The notes: generated from the sequence alone by a model not told the origin. A DNA stretch of 64,000 nucleotides from Lepidodermella squamata (GCA_047495785.1 JBLDXI010000032.1:558001-622000); one strand, 5' to 3'; numbered from the stretch's first letter, positions 22,051-34,826 are shown. Made by a program: numbers and translations.

Positions 22051-22787
22051 ATGTCGTTCCTCCCGAAAGGTCCACCAGGCAAGGACAGGCCCAGCAAGGT
22101 TAGACTTGTCGATTTTCACGTCCGAGGCCGGTCTGAAATCATCCGCTGGATCTTGTCCTACGGCAAGGCGCATTGGGAAGAAACCCGTCTAAGCCCTGAA
22201 GATTGGAAGGCGATGAAAGCTAGTAAGTTTCCATCCATCAGCTTCTCAACTTCCAAGTTGTAATTATAATCAAATTTACAGTCGCCCCGATTGGTCAGGT
22301 TCCGTTCTTGGAGGTCGAACTCGACGGTAAGAAGAGGACCTTCGCCCAATCTTCGACTTTGGTCCGAGCTGTCGCTTATTGGTACGATTTAGTCCCGAAG
22401 AGCTCTCTAGAGGCTATCCACGCCGATGAAACCCTGGAAATTCTGAAAGACCTAATCGAACATGGAATTCGCGCCCATTTCGAATCGGACGAGGCTCGTA
22501 AACTTGTTGCTACGACCTTTTTCAAGGAGGAACTCCTGCCACGAACCTTGGCCTACTTGGAAAGGAAACTGCAGGACAATGGCGGGAAATTTATGGCTGG
22601 AAAGGAGACGACGTATGCCGATATCGCCGTGTCAGTAGTTGTCGATGGCTTGATCCAACTGCCGTTCATCAATTTCGACGTCAATGTCAAGGCTGTTTAT
22701 CCTGGACTTGTTGGCGTTGCCATGAAAGTTCGCGATCACCCGGAAATCAAGAAATGGCTCGAAAAGCGCCCGCCGACTCCGATTTGA
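22051..22787 (+). CDS. Divergent GST (GST10) lacking the catalytic Tyr, 2 exons
   Basis: VRLVDFHVRGRSE, then an intron (~22223-22281), then APIGQVP, QSSTL, ..RPPTPI*. Confidence 0.88.
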
Positions 22788-23424
22788 ACTTCTCATTCGA
22801 AGCACGTTTCTTTAGTTAGGAATTAGGAATTTTAATGTTTGATTGATCCTCAAGTTGATCTAAGGGCAGCTGAAATAAAATTTGAGTTTTAGGAAATAAA
22901 TGGTCTTCTGAAATTTTCTATTATTGCTCCAGATCAACGTTGATTTTTTCAATGTTCGGATTGGAAGGGTGCCTAATCAATAATTCCACCGGGATCCCAG
23001 TTTTCACATCAGAATTTTTCCTCAATTTGAAAAAAATAATTAATCAATAATTCGAGCTATAAAAAATATTTTTCATTTTTGTTATCCTATTTTATATATT
23101 TATTTTATTTTTATTTATCTATAAAATCCTATATCCTTAATTGAAAGCTCGCCATTTTTCAATTTGCCACCTGGTTACTGGTTAATATGATATTCCACAG
23201 ACAACAAGTTTATGTTTATCCTCTAGTTTATTACCTGCGTCCAGCTCGGTCAAAATCGCGCATTTATGATCGACTGCATAGGTCGCATCGATCGCCAGTT
23301 GCCGGGCGACGTTGACGCGCGCAACTTGTCCTAGCCGCCCTAGGGCGGATACTCACTTCGCTGTGGTACACTCTCATTTGCTTATTTTTATTGTTGTTTT
23401 CGCTGCAATTCTAAACTATACACT

Positions 23425-24271
23425 ATGGGAGCAGCCTGCAGTGGCGCCAGCAGTACGGCTAACTGTCCGAAGGGCAAGTACAAGATAATTTACTTCAACG
23501 TTCCCGGGCGAGCTGAGCCAATTCGTTGGATATTAGCTTATAAATTCGTAATAATAAAAACTCAGAAATTGTCAGCGCATGACCTAGTTTTTTTTTATAT
23601 GATCTCAGGCTACCGATTTCGATGACGAGCGTGTTGAACCGGCCAACTGGCCTGCCTTGAAGCCGAAAATGCCGATGGGTCAGCTTCCTGTTCTTGAAGT
23701 ACCGACAGATTCAGGCGAAACTATTCAAATATGTCAAACAACAGCAATAATCCGGCATTTAGCTCGACTTTTCGGTATTGCTGGGAAAACTCCTGAACAA
23801 ATCGCAAGGGCTGATGAAGCTTACGAAAGGTTTTTTCAACCTGATTTTTATCATTTGAAGCTATAAAAAAGATTTTCAGTTTGAAGGACCTCTCCCATGG
23901 CCTCTACGAGTACAATCTGGAGAAGGATGATAACATGAAATTTGCGGTGCTGATGGGATTTATTGGCGGGTCCTTGCCGCGACTTCTGGGTTACTTCGAA
24001 AAACGGATCAAAGAAAACGGCGGTAAAAACCTTACCGGCGGAAGTGGGGTGATTTTTTCAGAAAATTTGTAATTAATTTTTAAATAAATTTGGCTCATTT
24101 TAGTTAACTTATGCTGATATCTGTCTCGGGGCTGCTTATGAAAACCTCGTTAAAACGCTGCCGTTAGTCGATTTGAGTGACTATCCCAACTTCATCAAGC
24201 TCGGCAAACAAATCGCAGAAGTGGCAAATATCAAAGCTTACCTGAATAAGAGGCCGATTTCAAAACGTTAA
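23425..24271 (+). CDS. GST (GST11) with N-terminal MGAACS extension, 4 exons
   Basis: IIYFNVPGRAEP, MPMGQLP, QTTAI. Three GT-AG introns. Ends KRPISKR*. Confidence 0.87.
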
Positions 24272-24984
24272 TAGATCAATTTTTTTAGCGTGGATATTTT
24301 TTGCTGAAAGTGGTCTTTTGTTGTACCCCTCACCTCGATAATAAATTACTCTGATTATTGAGCTTCGGTGTTTTTTTACATTTTTTACATTTCTGCTGCT
24401 AATTGTGAACGCCACGTATTAAAAAATTTCAATTAATTATATTTCGATTAAATTTCCCATTAATAAGGGTTGGAATTAAAATCAGTTAAAAGTTAGCCTT
24501 CAAAATGCTCACAATGAAACATTTCTAATGCGTAGAAAAAACCGCGGGGAGGATTCACAAATGGGCATTAGGAAGTCTGGTATTAAAACCCAGGTTATAT
24601 TCCTAAATATAACTCCTAAATCCTCTTAAATAAAACAAAAATAAAAACCGCTCGGGGGTTGAATTGAGTTAATGAAAGGTTCAATACCTGTCTTTTCGGT
24701 CAGGCTCGATTTCTAAAATTAGTACATGCTATTAAATTTCAGTCAAGAATCTATCGTATTGATTTAGCATGAATAAGGTTCAGTTTTTTTAAGCGAGGAA
24801 TTGAGCTTTTATGAATGCAAGTCGGTCAAAAATTTCGTTGTAAAGAAAATTCTAGAATAAATATGAGGAGGTAAACATGCGCCACGCCCGATCAATACAC
24901 GACCGCACTATTTAAGCCGTCATCTTTTCTTCCAGCCACGACTAACCACATTTTTCCGCTTGAAGAATCTGCCCGAAATATAAC

Positions 24985-25669
24985 ATGGCTGCTGGAAAAT
25001 ACAAGCTGCACTACTTCAACGGCGGTGGCCGCGCTGAGGCGATTCGATGGACCCTGGCCTACGCCAAAGTCGACTTTGAGGATCAGCGATACCAAAGGGA
25101 CCAATGGCCGGCTGTGAAAGAGAGCATGCCGCTCCACCAACTTCCTGTTCTCGAGTTCAACGACGGCAAGCAGACGCATAAATTCGTCCAAAGCGCAGCG
25201 ATCATCAAATTTGTGGGCAACAACGTCGGGCTCGGTGGCAAAAATCCTGTTCATGCGGCCAAAATCGACGAGGCCTACGAAAGCCTTCGCGAATTTCAAG
25301 AAACTTTGTTCCGCGCTATGTTTGAGAAGGACGAAGCTCGCAAGGGTGAATTGATGGGAAAGGTTATTAAGGAAGAGTTCCCCAGAATTTTCGGCTTTCT
25401 CGAAAAGCGCGTCAAAGAAAATGGCGGCAAAAACTTGGCCGGCGGTGATGGGGTAAGATTAGCGAAAAATCAAAATAATTTATTAATAGTACATCAAATT
25501 TTAGCACTCCTATGCGGACACCTTTTTGGCAGCTTTGTTCGAGATGGTAGCTGCTCACAAGGTTCTGGACTTCAGCCCGTTTCCCGGTATTTCAGCTGTC
25601 GCTAAAGCTGTGGCGGAAAATGCCGGAGTGAAAGCCTACCTTGCCAAGCGTCCCAAGGCTGATTTTTAA
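24985..25669 (+). CDS. Sigma-class-like GST (GST12), 2 exons
   Basis: KYKLHYFNGGGRAE. Second exon HSYADT..KRPKADF*. Confidence 0.93.
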
Positions 25670-26236
25670 ATGCGTGCCAATCATCGAATTTGCACCTACC
25701 CGAGAATAGCTGGGAAGAATTGATAAAGAGACCTGCCTATAAATTATTAATTATTTGTAGATTTTCTTGTTTCTTTCAAGCATTAAAAATAAAAGCGGTT
25801 ACTAGATACGCACAATAGAGTTCGAGGTCATAATATTAACAATCAAGAAAGGATAGCTGAAAATGGAAATACATGTGGCGTCGGGACAACTTGCCGAAGA
25901 AAAAATGCGCATTTTATACCTTCACATGAATATTTTTGAACCAGCTTAATCTTAGCGGTACGCTAATTGGTCTTGTATTTATTTCGGCGTGTCAAAATTC
26001 GTATTTTTGGCTTTTGGGGACGGTTTTTTGAATTTTTTGCCATCTTCAAAGAGCATATAGATAAGTACTAGGAGGCGCAAAAATACCTGCTGATTTTTAA
26101 TCGATAATTTCAGACAAACTAGATTTCTAAATTTAGCACAAGCCATAAAATGTCTGCCGCACAGGTCAACGCAATCGATCGCGTTTATTTAGCATGGATA
26201 AGTGCAGTTTTTTAGCGAGCAGTTGAGTTATTATGA

Positions 26237-26915
26237 ATGCGGGTCGGTCGAAAGCTGTCTTACATCGGTCAAGCCGGGCGGGGAGAGGCTATCCGCTGGA
26301 CATTTGCCTATGCCAAGATCGATTATGAAGACCACCGTTACAAATTCGAAGAATGGCCTGCTGCTAAGCCGTCAATGCCGCTTCAACAGCTGCCGGTTCT
26401 CGAGTTCACCGAAGATGGTAAAACTTTGAAATTAAGCCAAAGCGCTACTATCATCAAATTCGTCGCTAATACCGCCGGTCTTTCGGGGAAAAATCCTAAG
26501 GAAGTCGCCAAGGCCGATGAAGCCTATGAGTGTGCTCGCGAATTCCAAGACGCTTACTTCAAAGCCGTGTCTGAGAAGGACGAAGAAAAGAAGAAGGACG
26601 CGATGGCTAAGGTCGCCAAGAATGACTTCCCGAGGGTTTTCAACTTCCTCGAGAAGCGTATCAGCGAAAACGGCGGCAAAAACGTAGCTGGTGGCGATGG
26701 GGTAAACAAATTTTAATTATTTATTTCTACATTTTATATCGATTTTTTAGTACACGTATGCTGATATTTTCCTGGCTTGCCTTTACGATATGATGAGCCA
26801 ACGCAATTATTTTGATTTCGCTCCGTATCCAGGCGTTGCCGGTGTTGCCAAGGCGATTGCTGAGAACGAGGGAGTCAAATCTCATCTTGTCAAGCGTCCA
26901 AAGGGCGATTTCTAA
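26237..26915 (+). CDS. Sigma-class-like GST (GST13) with rearranged 5' end; possibly a pseudogene
   Basis: Intact GST body and second exon. The start region derives from upstream promoter sequence. Confidence 0.75.
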
Positions 26916-27469
26916 CTCTGGAGATGCTTTCAAATTGAACTCGAATTAATTGTGAATAAAATGGAGTTTAATTTCGGAAAAATCGTGTTTTTCAGGGTTA
27001 ACCAATTTTTGTAGTCCCAAAAGATTCACCTAGAAGCTGTAAAATGTTGTTATCAATCACGGCAAATCGGTGATTTTAACCAGGCAAGTAATCGCAGAGG
27101 AAAATGATGTGAGCAACTTATTCGGCGGCCCGGTGTGAATATTCAAATGAGAGTAAAATTTTTCTTTACATAAAAAAAATAACCTGAAATTTGTTGCCAT
27201 GAAAAAGGCCGTTGTCGGTTTTTTTATTTGTTTTTTTTTAACCTTGATAGTCGAATTCCGGTTGTCCCTTCTGCGACCTTTATTATTACTTCCATGGATC
27301 ATCAACTGAGAAAATAATTTGAAGCCGAAATTCCAAGATCAGATTATTATCCCTTAACTTTTATCTCAGCAAATAATCAGTGGCTACGCTACGTGACCTA
27401 ATTTTTTAGTGCTAAAAGCAATTTATTGAGGTTAAACTCAAATTGCTAAAATTAGCGCAGCCTTACTGA

Positions 27470-27620
27470 ATGTCGGTCAAGAATCAAAGAAGGACGGCCA
27501 TTCCCCGTACATAAAACCGCATCTTATTCATGCTGAAACAAAGAATCTTGACCGACATTTTTTACATGCCGGGGCTATTTTTAGAAATCCAGGCGAATAC
27601 TACAGCATGTCGGTCAAAAT
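27470..27620. promoter_or_regulatory. Cluster of three ATGTCGGTCAA elements upstream of GST14, two forming an inverted pair
   Basis: ATGTCGGTCAAGAATC (27470), GAATCTTGACCGACAT (27543) and ATGTCGGTCAAAA (27607). Confidence 0.65.
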
Positions 27621-27787
27621 TCTATACCTGAAAAGAAACTTCAGAATAACTTAGTAGGTAAATCACGTACCACACCCGATCAATACGCATGGCAGCAATG
27701 CTATTTAAGCCGGCGAATTTCTCCCATAACCACAGCTAACCAAATTTCTTTCTGCAAATTATCTGAAAATATTCCTAAAGCTCTCTA

Positions 27788-28473
27788 ATGGCTACTGGTA
27801 AGTACAAGCTGCACTACTTCAACGCAACTGGCCGCGGCGAGGCGATTCGATGGACCCTAGCCTACGGCAAGGCTGACTTTGAAGATCAGCGATACATCGG
27901 CGAGCAGTGGCCGGGTGTGAAGGAAAGCATGCCGCTTCAACAACTGCCAGTCCTCGAATACAACGACGGCAAGCAGACGCATAAACTCGCCCAAAGCGCG
28001 GCGATCATCAAATTTGTGGGCGCCAATCTCGGGCTAGGTGGCAAAAATGCGATTCACACCGCAAAAATCGACGAAGCGTATGAAAGTCTACGCGAATTCA
28101 ACGAATCGATGCTGCTCGCTAGATTTGAAAAGGACGAAGCTCGCAAGGTTGAAAAGATGGGCAAACTTGTTAAGGAGGACTTCCCAAGAATTTTCGGATT
28201 TCTCGAAAAGCGCGTCAAAGAAAATGGCGGCAAAAACCTAGCAGGCGGTGATGGGGTAAGATTTAAGGAAAAATAAAAATAATTTATTAATACATGAAAT
28301 TTCAGCACTCCTATGCGGACACATTCTTGGCGGCTTTGTACGAGATGGCAGTGGCTAACAATAAGGCTCTGGACTTCAGCCCGTTTCCCGGTGTTTCAGC
28401 TGTTGCTAAAGCTGTGGCGGAAAATGCCGGAGTGAAAGCCTACCTTGCCAAGCGTCCGAAGGGTGATTTTTAA
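27788..28473 (+). CDS. Sigma-class-like GST (GST14), 2 exons
   Basis: Close paralog of GST12. Ends KRPKGDF*. Confidence 0.93.
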
Positions 28474-28643
28474 CAACAGCCAATTGTCTGAATGGCTGGA
28501 GATCAAAACCATTACATACCGAACTTTGAATATTTTACATTCAAGTATTCACCTATTCACATTTGCATAATTAAATGATAACCTATTTATTTTGAATAAA
28601 ATTTGGTTTTGATTCTAATATGGACATTCTTTTAGGGTCTTAC

Positions 28644-28935
28644 TCTTAGAGGAACCAAAATTGCCTGTTAGCGGAACCAAATATTGGAATTTTCAATGGG
28701 CCTAAAGCTACTTTTTGAAGCTTTCAAACTTGTCATGATTTATCAGGTTAATTTGAAATAAATCATTAAATTCAGCGTAAAGTTCTGTAAAAGACACATT
28801 CTTCACTATAGAATTCATGCATTGCCTCAATTTCGTAGAAATATTCAAAAAGCGGCCTTTTGCTTACCATAAATTAGGTTCCGCAAAATGCCGATATGGT
28901 TTTTCGCTACAGGCAAATTGGGTTCCTCTAAAAGA
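28644..28935. mobile_element. MITE with ~50-bp imperfect terminal inverted repeats (GGAACC family)
   Basis: TCTTAGAGGAACCAAAATTGCCTGTTAGCGGAACCAAATATTGG versus reverse complement of CCGATATGGTTTTTCGCTACAGGCAAATTGGGTTCCTCTAAAAGA. Confidence 0.7.
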
Positions 28936-29366
28936 TATTCTGATTCTTTTACAATTCATTGCCCGAAAATTATATGAACGAGATAAATTTGATTCAACAA
29001 ATTTTTGATCTGGTTTCTAACCGCCCGCCCGCCCGCTACAGAACAGCAATAAAGTCACGCGAATAAAAAGCATTGTTCTCGGACTAATAATCGTAAAAAA
29101 GCCATTAATTCATTCTCGACAATCTTGTTATTTGGCATCATTTTTTAAGCATCTATTCCTTCTTCATAAGCATCCATTTAATGTCGGTCAAAACATTTGA
29201 AATAGTAGCGGTAGACAGTCGGTCAAAAATTGTTATTGATTGCTTTCACGCATTCCGTGCGCCGCTTTCTCCTTTATTACTATTTAAGAGTTTTTTACCT
29301 GTGCTACACAGCGTATATAAAGCTGCGAAATAGAGCCTTATTTTTGTGCAAAGTAACTAGTTTAAA

Positions 29367-30053
29367 ATGACCATTGGCAATTTCAAGGTTCACTACTTCG
29401 CCGGATCAGGCCGTGCTGAAGCCATTCGTTGGACGTTGGCCTACGCCAAGGCCGATTTCGAAGACGTTCGTTTCACCTATGAGCAATGGCCTGCAATCAA
29501 GCCGAAAATGCCGACGGGAACTGTTCCAGTTCTCGAATTCAGCGACGGCAAGCAGACGCATTTTCTAGGTCAAAGTGCTGCGATTATCAAATTTCTGGCG
29601 AATCACTTCGGTTTGGTTGGAAAATCGCCGATCGAAAGCGCCAAAGCTGAAGAAGCTTATGAAAGTGCTCGCGAATTTCAGGAATTTGTCGGCTCGATCT
29701 ACGGCGAAAAGGACGAAGCTAGGAAGGTCCAGTTGCGCGAGAAACTCAGCACAGAACTTTTGCCTCGTCTTTTCGGTTTTATCGAGAAGCGAATCAAGGA
29801 AAATAACGGCAAGAATCTGGCTGGCGGCGATGGGGTATAAATTATTTTAAGAATTTCCTTTTCGATGTAATTTAATTCCGTCATTTTGCAGTACACCTAT
29901 GCCGATATTTATGTTGCTGCTTTGGTGGAAATGATCAGCGAGGGCAAGTTTGCCGATTTCAGCCCTTATCCTGGCGTGGTTGCTCTATCGAAGGCTGTTG
30001 CTGAGGTTGATGGCATCAAGGCCTACATTGCCAAGCGTCCGAAAACGAAATGA
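29367..30053 (+). CDS. Sigma-class-like GST (GST15), 2 exons
   Basis: VHYFAGSGRAE and QSAAI. Second exon YTYADI..KRPKTK*. Confidence 0.93.
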
Positions 30054-30283
30054 AAAAGCTACCTCGATCAAGACAGTATTCTTTGCATGCTATTGTGATT
30101 GGCTCTCGCCCGACATCAGCTGTGAATCGAATTTTAGATGGAATAAAAATATTCAATTTATCTATATATAAATTCACAAAATATATATTAATACGCCTTC
30201 GTTGGGGTGGTTTGGACTCAGAGGTAGACCTCGAACCAGGTGGATCAACGGAGTGGATAGAAGCCCAATTAAAGTAGGTCTTA

Positions 30284-30662
30284 CAGCGTGTCCCATAAGT
30301 AACGCATGCAAAGAAAATACACGGAAAAGGGTTCAGAAATTTTAAAATGAGAGACGAAGTCACACCTCGTGGCCAGAAAATATTTTGAAAAATTCAAAAT
30401 ATCATAAGAATAGTAATTAAGCATGCGTCACTTTCAATGGGATTAAAAAATTCCGGAGAAATTTGGTACAACCCGGTAAAATACCGAAAATTACCGAACC
30501 AGTTACCGTCGGGGGATTTCGCCGGTAAATTGTGTATTTCTTCGGTTAAATCGCCGATAAAAGATGGAAATCTCTCGGTAGGTTTATTTTAATAAAATTA
30601 ATGAATTTCCTACTAAAATTTGCCAAATTAATAAATCGTTGCGCAAATTCTGGGACACTCTG
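30284..30662. mobile_element. Tc1/mariner-type MITE
   Basis: TA-CAGCGTGTCCCATAA ... TTCTGGGACACTCTG-TA: inverted termini with a TA target duplication. Confidence 0.72.
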
Positions 30663-31615
30663 TACTAGGGACATTCGCCGGGAATCCAACAATAAAAAAA
30701 GTTTGGAGGATAAAAAAACCAAAACACCAAGAAACAAGACAATAGGAAAAACCCGGCGGAAAGGATTTTAAAATCAAAATTATTCCACACTGTCAATTAG
30801 CGGAATTCATTTGAAAAAGCTGAATGGCGCACGGTTGTTAACTTGATTAAAAACTATGAATTTTATGGAAAAAGCAGAATCTTCAACTGTGCGGGTGGGT
30901 GGTATGAGCATTCTTCGCCTACCTTCGCCCTCTTCAAAACCGGAAACAGTAAAAGACGCTAGTCGAGAAAAGTATAAATAAAACTGTTATTATTTTTTTA
31001 AAGCGAATTTCGAGTTGATATCCAGATTGAATCACGTTAGCACTCACTTCAGGCGACCTACTGCTTATATGTGGTTTCCGTTAAGCTAATAATGTTCTTC
31101 ACGACACGGCAAACGCAGACAGAATTAAGAAACCTGGCAGAGGTCACCATACACGATATTTTTTTCAGCGGGCAAACAATCTAGTATATAAGCAACGACC
31201 ATAAACATTTTGAAAATTTTTGCTTTAACGCTACTTTTTTGGAAATTGAGAATTTTCGTGCTGCCAGACCTAAGTGCTACAAGATCTAAGTATATTTAGG
31301 TTATAAACTACAGGCGATTTTTTTTTATTATTTTAGGGAGAAATATTGCAATGTTTAAATATTAGCCCAGTTTTGAGGGTAATATAATAACGCTCAAAAC
31401 CATTGACTTTCTGTCGATTTTTTCATTTTTTGAGATTTTTAAGGAGTAAAATTTACTAGCCCGGGATGCTATTATCTAATTTTTCGAAGGTTGCAAACTC
31501 GCCCCGATTTAGCAAATCGTTGGATACATGAAATTTGAAATTATCATCGATTAAACGCTTCACTTTTTTATAACGAGTATTAGATAAAATAGAATTTTAA
31601 TGCCTTGTATACAGA

Positions 31616-31646
31616 CTTCTCTTCTCTTCTCTTCTCTTCTCTTCTC
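31616..31646. repeat. (CTTCT)n microsatellite
   Basis: About 6 tandem CTTCT units. Confidence 0.85.
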
Positions 31647-31815
31647 AAACTTTGATTTCATGGACATCGAGTCTGAGGATGTCACGGTTTACAGGGTTAC
31701 AGGGTCATATTAATTTTTTTTACGATTTTTTCTGTTTTTTTCGCGTGAGAGCATATTATGCTATGTTATGATTTTTGAGGCCAACTTTGGCAGTTAGATT
31801 CGCAATTTTAAATAA

Positions 31816-33586
31816 ATGCTCGTGATTTTGCTGACAACTTTCTTGGCTCAAATTTATGTAATCACTGGCGAAGATGTAAATCGTCCGAATAAAATCGACT
31901 CAATTGAGGGTAACATGTCCCCAGAGCTGGTGCGACTGGTATCGCAACATAAACACGTGTTATTTTCAACCGAAATGTGCACTCGGTCGCATATCAAGCC
32001 GATGTTGGTACTCTCGAAAGCTCTGCAAAATCGCGGCCATCGAACAACCTATGCTGCCCTGTTCGATGCGGCGAAAACGTGGATAAAGCCCGGGGATTTT
32101 AACAATTTCGCTCAGCTGAAATACTCCGCCGAATACGAATATCCTCGCGATGAGAATATTAGAGAAAAAATTGTCCAGGATTTTAATTTTCGAGTAGACG
32201 CCACCAACCAGAAAATTCCATCCGAAAATGAAGGTAAATTTTTTAATTTTCATTCAATAAAAAAACGAAACTTGAAAAATTGAATTATTTTTCCTTTTTC
32301 CAGCGTATTTGCTACAGTCGGAAATGTTTCTATACAACATTCAGACAAATTATGAAGGCGCATTTCGGAGTTTGAAGGACTTGTGTGAAGCTGATCGGCC
32401 CGACCTCATGGTTTGCAACTGGTTTTCTCAAAGTTGCGCCGATGTTGCGAATTTATTGAAAATTCCTTACGTGGTAACCACTTCCTCGTCAACCGTACCT
32501 GTCATTCCAGGAGTTCAAAGTTTCATTCCGACTTATGTCACGCCATACAGCCCTTTCAACGCCACGTTTCAACAGCGGCTTTACGCTAAATTTGTCTATC
32601 CGATTAGGATGATTTTTAGCGTATACCAAGGTTTGGCTGAGAGGTCGAAAATCCGGGCGAAACTCGGATTTCCTGACACTTTTGACCCCAGATCGCCTTA
32701 TAGGAATCGCCACATTTTCACAAATAGCCACTGGGGTTTTGAATACGCGAGGTACACGTCGCCTTTCATCCACGTTTTAGGAGCAATAGTTGAACCGGAC
32801 ATCTATAAAATGGAACCCAGCCTTCAAAAGTGGCTGGATGATGCTCATTCTCGGAACGAAGTCGTGGTCTACTTGGGCTTCGGGTCTTTAGTCACCCCAA
32901 CCAACTCGACAATGCAACGATTAATTCGTGGATTATTTTGTCGGAAAAATCAGGATTTAAAGGTAAATATTCTATGGTCTTACGGCAACGCCAAGTTGGA
33001 AGCAGCTCTTCCACCTGAGATTTACAGAGACCCACAAAATTACCCGAATTTGCGGCTAGAAAGTCGAGTCGCTCAAATTCAAGTCCTGAAACACCCAGCT
33101 GTTCATTTATACGTCAGTCACGGAGGATTGGAGAGCATGTTCGAATCGATTCTAGCTGGCAAACCCATGCTGCTTCATCCTATGGTCAATGACCAACATC
33201 TAACAAGCATGCGGGCGAAAGAACTGGGTATTGCCGATGTACTCGACAGCTTTGCTAATGGCGAGGCGACTGAGATGGATATTTGTGAGAAATCACAAGA
33301 AATCATAGCTCGATACCTCCGTAAAGATCCTATATTGCTAGATAATATTTTGAAAGCTGGAGCCGCTTTGTACTACAACGCCCAGAATTTCGAACAGGCT
33401 GTTGATATAATTGAAATGGAAATGACAATTCGTTCGGATCATCTGAGAATGTTCGAGGATGAAGTGTCATTTTACAGGCTGTACGATTTGGATCTATACG
33501 CTATTTTTATATTTTCGCTAATTATTCCTCTCCTCATATTTCGTATGAGCCGAACCCGAAGACTTGGCGATATAAAAAAAGAATGA
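31816..33586 (+). CDS. UDP-glycosyltransferase (GT1), UGT-1, intron ~32234-32302
   Basis: Signal peptide, RSH..RGH and the signature AQIQVLKHPAVHLYVSHGGLES..GKPM..DQ. C-terminal TM plus basic tail. Confidence 0.92.
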
Positions 33587-34325
33587 TTGAATAAAAAAAG
33601 AAATCCCGGAAGTGGAGAAAGGGTCTAAATATTCTATTATTTTAACAGAATATCTGAAAATTAAGGAGTTTTTCAGCGTATATTTTTTGTATACAAATTG
33701 TTGAATTTTTTTAGCCAATCTTGAAGATTTAGCAAATTTAGAAAACGAATTTCGGGCGAATTGAAATTTAATTGCATATTGGTTCCGATCACGTTCAAAT
33801 TTAGTTCATAATACTTTAAGCTAGTTTCATGGAACCTTTATTTTCTGTCCTCGTACCATCTTGACTTAGACATGAGACGTAGACATGAGACTATAGCTTC
33901 GAAGCTTCCATAATATTTCCTCCCAAAAAAATAATGAGCTAGAAGTGCGAATAAGCACACTTTTATATAGCAAAAAATCAGCAATTTGGACTTTGCACCT
34001 CATTAAAATAATCACATTATTTCTGATTTTCTACGAGCCGCGGCGTCCTATCGCACGTCTCATGGACTTGGAGCGTCGGAACTGCAAAATTATTCCATTT
34101 ATTCTATTGGAATGACCTATTTAATAGAGAATTAACTCATAAACCGAATCAATTCCTTGCTTTCGCGTTCAAAAACAATATTAAGTAGCAATGTTTTTAC
34201 TATTTGCTCGAGTGACTAATGCATTTTTTTCTAATATTGTTTTAGAAGTTGCGATGAAATTTGAGAAAGTTAATGCGCGGGTTTCTTTACTATAAAAAAT
34301 AAAAGTTCGACGAATTCATTTGCTT

Positions 34326-34826
34326 TTAAATATAGGTACTATACTGTGAGTATAAGACGACTTCTCTTCCGCTTTTTTTCAACCAGCTGGTTGAGCCGGC
34401 CTTTAGCTGGGATGGGCTCCACTTTGAGGGCTGGATTGACATACCCAGTGAGTGGTAGCACGTATGTCCCTTGACATAGCGCAATGAGTGTTGGTGCACA
34501 TCATTCTTTCGGTGAGTTTCACAGTTTCCTGGGCAGATGAAGTCTATTGAACACGTGACATGGATTATTTTTCGCATAAACGTGGATAATTCGTCGAAAT
34601 TGACCCAATCCATCGATTTTATCTGGCGACGATAACTGTTGGCTACTTCGTTAGTCATCGGAGAGTGTTCGGCATGGAAGACATAGCTGAGGAGCCGGCT
34701 GTTCTTGGCGTCGTGGTACTTCACGTCACTGCTGTCATGCCACAATATAGCCTCGGCCCAACGCGTGTCGTTGGTTTTTGGAACTAATTGATGGAACTTT
34801 TCGATGAGGCCACTTGTCGCCCGCAT
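34326..34826 (-). mobile_element. Degenerate MULE/SWIM zinc-finger transposase C-terminal fragment
   Basis: W.NFDE followed by C..C...TCYHSLG (SWIM-like CxC..CxH) and a basic KKSGR motif. No DDE core visible. Confidence 0.5.

Noticed and set aside
23540-23610. Possible non-canonical intron in GST11
   Set aside because: A normal GTAATA..CTCAG intron gives an in-frame product with only one extra residue.
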